Assembly (NCBI GenBank): GCA_000934665.2
Contig: JYFJ02000418.1
Span: 62,001 to 126,000 of the forward strand
Source of the DNA: Catajapyx aquilonaris
Lineage: Eukaryota
Direction of reading: 5' to 3'
DNA length: 64,000 nt
In this document: piece by piece, positions 55,901-64,000 of the stretch
How positions within the stretch are numbered: position 1 is the first letter of the stretch
How the letters are laid out: the number at the start of each line of letters is the position of its first letter
Made by a program: the position numbers and the translations under genes
The notes under the pieces: model-generated
The model's input: only the letters and a program-made list of their open reading frames with translations
Database searches by the model: none
What the model was told of the DNA's origin: nothing

Positions 55901-58900
55901 TTAAAAACATCACAAGGCCGGTTGGGAAGGTCGGTGTGAAAAATTCGTCAAAAAGAAATCGTGAGAAACGGTATCTTCCGGCACCTTTTTCGGTGTTTAA
56001 TCTGACCTACCCGAGTTCGCAAAAATTGGGTCAAAAAATATGCGATAAAACCACATGGGGAGACAATGGAGCAGACATGGGCGTGGCGGAATTTGCAGCA
56101 GGTCAAGGGCGTTTTTACGACTGTTATTGTGCCATTCTGGCGCCTGAAAAAAAATTAAAGCCGCCGCAAACTTTTGGTGACCGCCGCACACACAAAAAAA
56201 TCGCGAATCAAAAGAGCATCCAAGCCGAACACAGATTGGCAAACTGGCCTGGCCAAATGCCACGTCCGATTCTAAAAGACTGTTACATGGCAGCAGTTTT
56301 GTGATAGGCATTTCACCCTATTTTTTTTATACCAGCCAGAAAATTGTTCCAGGATCCCCAAAAAATGCTATTTTCCCCGCCCTAGTTTGAAACGATGTCA
56401 AATATTATGGAAGACTCGAATAATGAAGAGAATTAATGAGACTGACGCAGCTGAAAGGATCCGTAGGTTAAGATAACATTTTTTAGGACAATGTGAATGG
56501 GAGTTCGTCATACCGTGTTTTTAGATACCACAGTATCATGTGCTGTTTTTTTTCCTAGTGAGGGACCGCTGTCCGACCCAGAGTGTATGCAAAATATTTG
56601 CCTTCCTTCCTGACCTTTACATGGCCATGGGAATCGATCTCAATATTTATCCTGGCTTTGAAAAAAAACCTGTTTTGACGAGGTGAGAAAAACGTGATTC
56701 GAAACGCCCCCTTTTTTACCTCAAAGGCCAAAAAAATGTACCTGTACAGTACAGGTGAAGCGTATTTTTAACTTTAAAAAATCACACTTTGTAAAAGTTA
56801 TGGCGGCTATTAGTGCACATTTGGCCATTCCAAGTCAAGTGTCCCGCAATGCAGTCATCAATCCTCTTTACCAAATGGAAAAATCACGCCCACCCCTATA
56901 ATGATGGTGTACCACTCTTCTCTCTAGTTTTTTTTTGGTGCTTCCAATCTAAACAACGATTTGTGCTGTTGTTGGGCCAGGCACGCTGGAATTGTCGACA
57001 GCAGGACAAATTTAACACGCAGCGAAAGTGCTATAAAAGTCAAGCGACTGCAAACCGTACATTTGCATCGGTTTGCATGCCCCTAACGTTTGATTAAACT
57101 ACATCAAAAAAATCCTACCATGCAAGAAATTTCTGTCAGTATAACAAATAAGATAGCGTGCCATTTTAGGTTGGAAGTTTTATTAACGTGGTGTATACTC
57201 GGCTTGATAATAACCGTGTTCCTGTCGCCCATTTTTACTTCCATATACGCTTTCTACATGCTGGTCCGGTCCTTAAACTTTCCTTTTCGGGAGGATAAAT
57301 AATTCTCTGGCGCCGGTGCTTGAAACTAGCAAAAAAATAGGGACACAGAGGAAAGTTTTGTGACCGGTGCATAACCTAACCCAAGAATATTTACCTACCA
57401 TTATTTAAGAGTCGCATCAACACTAGGTCTATTCTCTGTTCCTATAGAAGGTAAATGCTGCAGTATCAGAATGGGCCAGAGTCAAGGGGGAGGATGAACC
57501 TTATTTTCTGCTCCGCCGCTTGCCCAAATTGCCTGGCTATCGGTTATGGTAACAGACCAGCTCCTGCTTCCAAATCCAGGCTCCAGAGTTCTGTCTCCTT
57601 TAAAAAAATCTCGAAAAAATCCTAGCAATCAATTCAGGCTTGTAACGTTCAACAAGAAAGGAGGAAAGTTCCCGTATTGTTGTGTACCAACAGTGCATAA
57701 TAGTCGGGATAAAAACGATCAAAAGCAGTCCACCACAAACGGCCTGGCTTGTGCTCCTAGAAACGGTTTTACCCTCGGTTTAAGTGCGGACAAACGATTC
57801 GAGAAGAGCTGCAAAACTGGCCGCAAAACAACTATACGATGGCGCTCTTTTCCGCATCGTAATAAATGTAACCTCCAAAAAAATTCCGGGCCATTACGAT
57901 GTTAATCAGGACGCAATCATTGTCACGCTCTATTTAGCTGGCCAAATTATATACGTATGCACTATGAGGATTTGAGTCAACAGACAAATTAAGAGACGGA
58001 TTTGACTTAGATAACCGGATCTGGTGAGCCTTCCTGCTTCCTCGACTTCTCTTTTGGTCGTGTTCAGACTGCTTAGAAGCGAATGAAATTACTCGCCCTT
58101 CGTTACCTCCTGATGAGAAATTAGGTTACGGAGACAATTTTGTCTCGTTGGCGAGCCCATTCATACAGCGGTTATGGTTTTTTGTAGCCATTTTTTCCTC
58201 TCTTTTTTAGCACCTCTGTGGGTCTGGGCTTCAGCACGCAAACTGGCGACGACTCTGGAATTGCAAAAATGTCTCTTCGCATTTTCCGCAATTTATTCGT
58301 CCCGACCGTTAGAATTTTACCCTACTGAGGATATAAAAAAATATATAGGCAGAGCGAAGGGAGGGGGGGGGGGGTGACATTCGCCTCATTTGGCTTCGTG
58401 CACTTTGGAGGAAGTTTCAATAAAACCAGCAGTAAACCAATTCGTAAGCGGCTGGAGTTTATTGCCCGCACTTCCTCTGATGGAACTCATAGTGTCCCCG
58501 CTGAATTGTATAGACTTTTTTTTGCATACCCGGCATATATGAAAACATTGGCACGTGGACGAAAAAGTTCTTGCGAATATTCCTTCAATAACGGACTGGC
58601 GAACCTTAATGATCCAATAATAGCCTGGTGGTCAGTACTCGCTTAAATTAATAAAAAAAGAGACGAAAATCCCCCTGGAGGCATGACGCAGCTTCCTTCC
58701 TTGATTGATATGCCAAGATTTACTCCCGGCCATCGCATTTCAACATTCCGGTTTCATCAAGCCCGGACCACCTAGGGCGACTCGTTTCGGACCAGACCTG
58801 AATACTCAAAACCAGAGTCCCCCTCTTCCACTTCTGTCTGATGCTGTGTGTGCTCTCTCCCTAGTCAGTTGGGTTTGCTCAACTGGCAGCCAGCCAGGAC

Positions 58901-59043
58901 ATGGACCGTGTCCACCACCATCACTCGGACAATGTTCGCTCAGCATAAGATGGCATCAATGTATGGCCCCAGGAGACAGGCCAGTTCGATTTCCAGACTC
59001 GACCGTGTGGGGGAGGGTAAAAGGTACGATTTTTTTCCATGGT

Positions 59044-59072
59044 CTGTACCTAAGGGAAAAAGAGGGGGAGTT
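59044..59072 (-). other. Weak recursive-splice-like site, junction 59050/59049
   Basis: ctccccctctttttccctTAG|GTACAG: strong acceptor, weak donor. Confidence 0.22.
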
Positions 59073-62000
59073 GTAATGGGTGTATAAATTGCAGTTAGGT
59101 CTACCAACTCACGGCTGTCGATAGCAGTGCAGTAATTTTCGTAATGGTGCCATTATTTTATCTGGGTAGGGTAGTGGTGTTTTTCATTGCTGGAGTCAGG
59201 ATGAGACATGCAACAAACGGACATGTGATGCGTCTTGCTTCGTGGACAGGTGCGATATTTGGACGGTGTTATGCAATAGTGAGTCAACCCACATCAGACC
59301 AGTTTTGAGAAAAAAAGGCCTTTGAATGTCACACCACCTGTGAAATTAATTCAGTGTCCTTTTTGGTCATTTATGGCAGAAGTATCGCCAGCTTTTAACT
59401 GAATAAAGTACAATCCTCTGGATATATGTTCCTGAGCTTCAATTTGGACATATTGTGGGTTGACACATTATTGCATAACACAGTCCATTTATTGCGATAT
59501 TTCAATACTATTTACGATATATTTGATATTTTATGACGTAGTTTCCGGTGCACTAGAACAAACTGCAGAAGTCTCCTCGGAAAGAGGCTGTTCGAATGCA
59601 GCATGTGAGGCATCCCGAATTGCGTCAATGAAAGGCCATTATGCATCCCTCTGATTCAATCTGGGCCTTAAATCATTTTATACTTTCGTCTAATGCCCCT
59701 GAGGCGGGGTTTCTCTCCGGGATGACCGTAATAACCATAAAAACTGGGGAGATTTCAGTTTTTCTCTTCTTTCTCTTATTATTACCAGGTGATGCGAGCA
59801 CCATATTGGATAGTCATATAGTTCACGTTTATTGGCCGCATTATCCATTGTATTAGCGAAAAAACCATCGGAGCATGTGACCCTGTATGAAAAGAGGGGG
59901 GGGGGGTTCTCTCNGGGGGGTTCTCTCCGGTTGCATAATTCCTCCTTGTCCTGACTACACATCATAACCTGAGCATACCAGAATATTTTTCCCACACATT
60001 TTTAAGCATGCAGGAATCTGTGGAGACGCCTTGGGGCGTAGTTTTGGGAAGGTCTACCCCTACCGAAAAACCAGCCACCAAATTACAGGCTCACATTTTG
60101 GGGAAGGGTTGGGCCATTCCGACTACTTCAGGTGTAATTTCAAGGGGTCAGTTATTTCTGTAATAAACTGGATCGAATTGTAATACCACCAGACCTGTCT
60201 GGTCAACCTGTCGTTAATAAAATAACAACCACTGGTATTAGCCTTTCGACAGCTGTTATCGACTAATTCGCCAAAAACTGGTGTGAGAGTAGCCTCAGGC
60301 AGTGCGATAAGAACGTGGCAAAAAAAATTGTTACGCCATACACACGTGAGTTAGTCGGTTAGCAGCACCAACTACTTATGTTGAGCAGTATGTGAGAAGC
60401 ATAACTGCGTCGTAAATTAAGGGAGACGCGGAAGCATGAGATCGCATTGCGAGAGTTCACCCACCGAAACGAGAGGAACGCCAACAGTAGGCCACCCAAG
60501 CGTGCAGATCAGCTCTGCCGGTCCAAAATTTGGCAACGCACCGGAAACGTATAATTATATTAAGATGCCCACATCACCGGGAAACAAATTATGTAATTGC
60601 ATTTATCGCGAATTCTTTAACCATTCTGAGAGGAGGCCCAAAAGACAATTCATGATTCAAACGAGCAATTTTTATTAATTTTTGTAATTATTTTAAATTA
60701 CGAGGCAAAGTCGAGTGCATGGCAGAATATTTTTTGACATCCATTTTCTCGTAATAGTGAGGTGTTCACAGCATTGTCTGAAATGTATATTATGACAATT
60801 TTTACACATGGTATTAGATAATCAATTTAACCTTCGGCGTGACTAATTCGGGGGTTGGGTCACATAATTTGGCGAACCCTATTTCCCACGATACGGATCC
60901 TGGTTCGCTATCAGTTTTCTCTCAAGGCAATAGAACAGCGATTAGGAGCCATTCTTTCTGACCCGGTACCTAATTCATTATAGGAAACTACGTACAAATA
61001 TTAGCGAGTTAGAAAAAAACTAGTCACGTAGGAAAGATAGAATCAGCAGGGTTTTTTTTTGCAGGCGAGACAAATGTGGAGGCTCTAATTGATTTACAAG
61101 TGTGGTCGGGTCTCAGCAACAATGTGGGTGTCTAAATGCAGACTCTGATCGTAAACTTGGGATTCGTGCGACTGTCTGGTATCACATTCCCAGCAGCGGT
61201 ATGTTCTCACACTGGATCTAAAAATGGGAAACTTCCGGATACCATAGAGAAAAAAAACTTCCGCAAACAATTCTGTTTTCAAGAGAAAAAAATTACAAGG
61301 TACAAGAAAGCAGGCCGGGTGTTCGTGGGGCGTGTAATAGTATATAGCATTCCAGGAGAAATGGGGCCAGATGTGTGAATACAGTCATCAAGTTGTGGGA
61401 GCGTTCAATGTCTTATTCAAGGCAAAAATACGGGGGAAAAAAACATTTTCAGCTGTTTTCTCTTGTAAAAGCCGGCGTTTTTGGGCGTCACTTTATATTT
61501 TCGCTGAATGGGAAATGAATATAAAGAAAAATTCTTCACGGTCTAAACACACGAATGCCGCTTCCATACACACTGGAGAAAGTGTAACAGTGAAATTTTC
61601 CTTTGAATATATACTTTCCACTGGTCATTAGTTTACTATGCAACTAAAATCGGTATTGCAACTGGCAACAAATCCGTTCAATTTTGAAATACCGTCACAT
61701 GTCACACCGATCCGTTGTTTTTGTGCGAATTTCAACTACACGCCCGGACATTTTTATTGCCTCTTTTCGCACAAACCCTGGAAAGCCCGATACAAACTAT
61801 CAGAATAGGTCTGGGCGTTGAATCTCCGCAAGTTCAATCCGCCACAAAGCCTCTGCATAAAACAGATACCCCCGGATTTCAATATCAGGTCGCCCGTGAA
61901 AGCGAAACATTCTTCCGTCTCCATGCAGAACCCAGAGATAAAAAGCTGAGCATTGCCCCCTGCAGCATCTCGTTCTAAAATAAATAAAAAAATCCTATAT

Positions 62001-62302
62001 ATAGACCAGGTTAGTGTATACACACCCAGGACGGTGGATACAGTTAGGCACTTAACGGGTCTGCAATTTTCACCCTAGACGGTGAACGTGCATTTTTAAA
62101 CCCGGACAAAATAAGACAAGTAGGACAATATCGGGCTGTAACGGAGTAACCTGTTGCTCTAAAACGCGATTAAAGGTCAGAAACACGCCTTTACGGACAA
62201 TAGAAGACACTGACCTATATAAGCAGATCTAAACTTATACCCAATAAATTTTTATGTAGTTCCATTGTTCCGTTTTTTTTCTCTTTCATATGTGACCCAT
62301 AC

Positions 62303-62418
62303 CTTCCACTCAGCCTTCGTTTGAGACTCAGCATGGTGACAGGGGATTCTGAGAACATTTCCTGCTGTTCCCCCGTGTCTTCAGGCAGCAGATGCTCCAG
62401 CATCTGAATCCTCAGCAT
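62303..62418 (-). CDS. Rap1gap: Putative first coding exon of the Rap1GAP-family gene (MLRIQMLEHLLPEDTGEQQEMFSESPVTMLSLKRRLSG + AG)
   Basis: ATG in good context (gtcgccATG), 38 open codons + 2 nt, then donor AG|gtatgg. The phase-2 end joins exon 12228-12147 in frame (AG|G = Arg, giving ...KRRLSGRKQPMDSQ...). Assignment to the gene rests on phase compatibility, not transcript data. Confidence 0.6.
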
Positions 62419-64000
62419 GGCGACTAGTTTTCCAGCACTTTAAAACCACGTCATACACACACCACGCACTATGGCACACTATTTTTCCTAACCGGATTTT
62501 GCAAACACCCGGTTCCACACCTTGCCGAGCGTGTCACACTTGCACCAGAACTATGGCAAGACTGCCCCACAACCCACTGCGGTCATCCAAAAGGCAGCAC
62601 ATCGCGGTCCGGCAACAATCTGCCGTCTGTTGCGTTGTTGTTTTTGTGTGTGTGTCCGTTATAAGCTCCACCTCTAAACCAGCTGAAAACCAAGCTTCTT
62701 GCAGTGGTGGGCGAACCAACAGGCCGTGAACCACGGATTACGTCTGCGGACTTACTCAACCGAGCACAAGTCTCCGTGTAAACAAGTCAAGCCACGTGGT
62801 CGGGATTATTCAGGTCACAATTCCAGCAAAACTATCCTCCGAGTGCACCCAACACAAGCAGGTCAACCCACACACGGCCATCCAACTCGAATGGAGCCCA
62901 CCAAGGGCAAAAATGCTCCATGGTCCCCCTGCCGGTTGAGGATGGAAGGAAGAAACCCCCTCTCAACCCTCCCTCAACCGGACTACATGTGTACCGTGAA
63001 GGAGGTCAACTCAAACTTATGAGTGGGTGGGGTGACCACCTCTTTTTTTGTCTGTTGGAATTCCACTTCGTAACTGTGATCGAGGATGAGTCAAGTTCCT
63101 CCATAGCATATGTCCACTGTCACATATTTAATTTTTAAAACAATAAGCATTACAAAAATTTCATGAAGAGAGTGAAATTTTTAACCGCAAATGTGCCTGT
63201 TGATTTTTTTTGTAACAAATTTAAAATTAAGATAATGACTAACCATCCAACAATATGTCCTACATATAGGACGCTAAGACACACAAATTCATAACAGCCA
63301 TTTCCCATCTTGCACTCTAGATTTGTATACATATTTTACAGCTCGAAGTGTGGCCCGGTTCAACGTCTGGCCCAAATATAGAGCAGTGTTTTTCAAACAT
63401 TTGGACAGCCGAGGCATCGAAGCAATCCAGTGAAGATTCGAGCCGCAGATAGGATTTGGTTCCTACTTTTTTTTTTTGCAAAGCATGCTTTTTGCATTTT
63501 CAGGACCAATAAACCCCGAGTGGAATTTCTTGTACAGACGGCCTGAACCTTTGCCAAACTTCTCGCAAAAAAATGCGAATTGTATGCATCTTGAGGTTAA
63601 CTAAATTATTTCCTTCAGTAGTACTGGTCAAAACGATGTCCTAGTTTTCACTGAAGAAGAATCCTCCTGGATGTGAGTGCAGTGTACTAGCCGGAGGTTT
63701 TGATCGATTCCTTTTGCACCAAAGTTGTCGGAATGCGCGAGTTTCACCAAGAATGATAAGTAGAGCGTGAGGAAGGCTGTTTTCATACCTTCATATCGAA
63801 CCGGCCCAGCATCCTCATCGTTCTTGCATAGAGAGAACTCCCCCCCTGCCTTTGTCTCATTTTCTACTTGTTACGTGTGTAAAGAGGCGGCAGTGACTAT
63901 CTGCACACCATCGCATTAATTTACGATCGTGCATAATTAATTCCGAGAGGGGTAATTGCACACCCCCCTCTTTCTATATGGATATGAAAAGATACGACGG

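Noticed and set aside
59896..59930. Short duplication ggggggttctctc-n-ggggggttctctc
   Set aside because: Straddles an N next to homopolymers; probably an assembly artefact (another N at 38047).

Overview
Eukaryotic (metazoan, probably invertebrate; a cephalochordate-like deuterostome is plausible but unproven) genomic DNA, almost entirely intronic. Nearly all six-frame ORFs are noise. Two genes are supported. (1) The 5' part of a minus-strand Rap1GAP-family gene: putative first coding exon 62418-62303, a ~50 kb intron, exon 12228-12147, and a clear GoLoco exon 7820-7728 (GTTQDLFELLERLQNSRLDDQRCVLPAYFTQ). Splice phases chain in frame; the catalytic GAP exons would lie beyond position 1. (2) An intronless plus-strand gene at 45511-46044, nested antisense in that long intron if the exon-1 assignment holds. 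It encodes a histone H1-type winged-helix domain fused to a 61%-Arg protamine-like tail (sperm nuclear basic protein, PL type). The long intron also carries several AG|GT recursive-splice-like sites on the gene's own strand and a candidate 15-nt in-frame microexon. Candidate alternative first exons lie downstream of the GoLoco exon. The rest comprises two diverged tandem repeats, a tRNA-derived SINE head and degraded transposon fragments. All exon models are read by eye from splice signals and reading frame.
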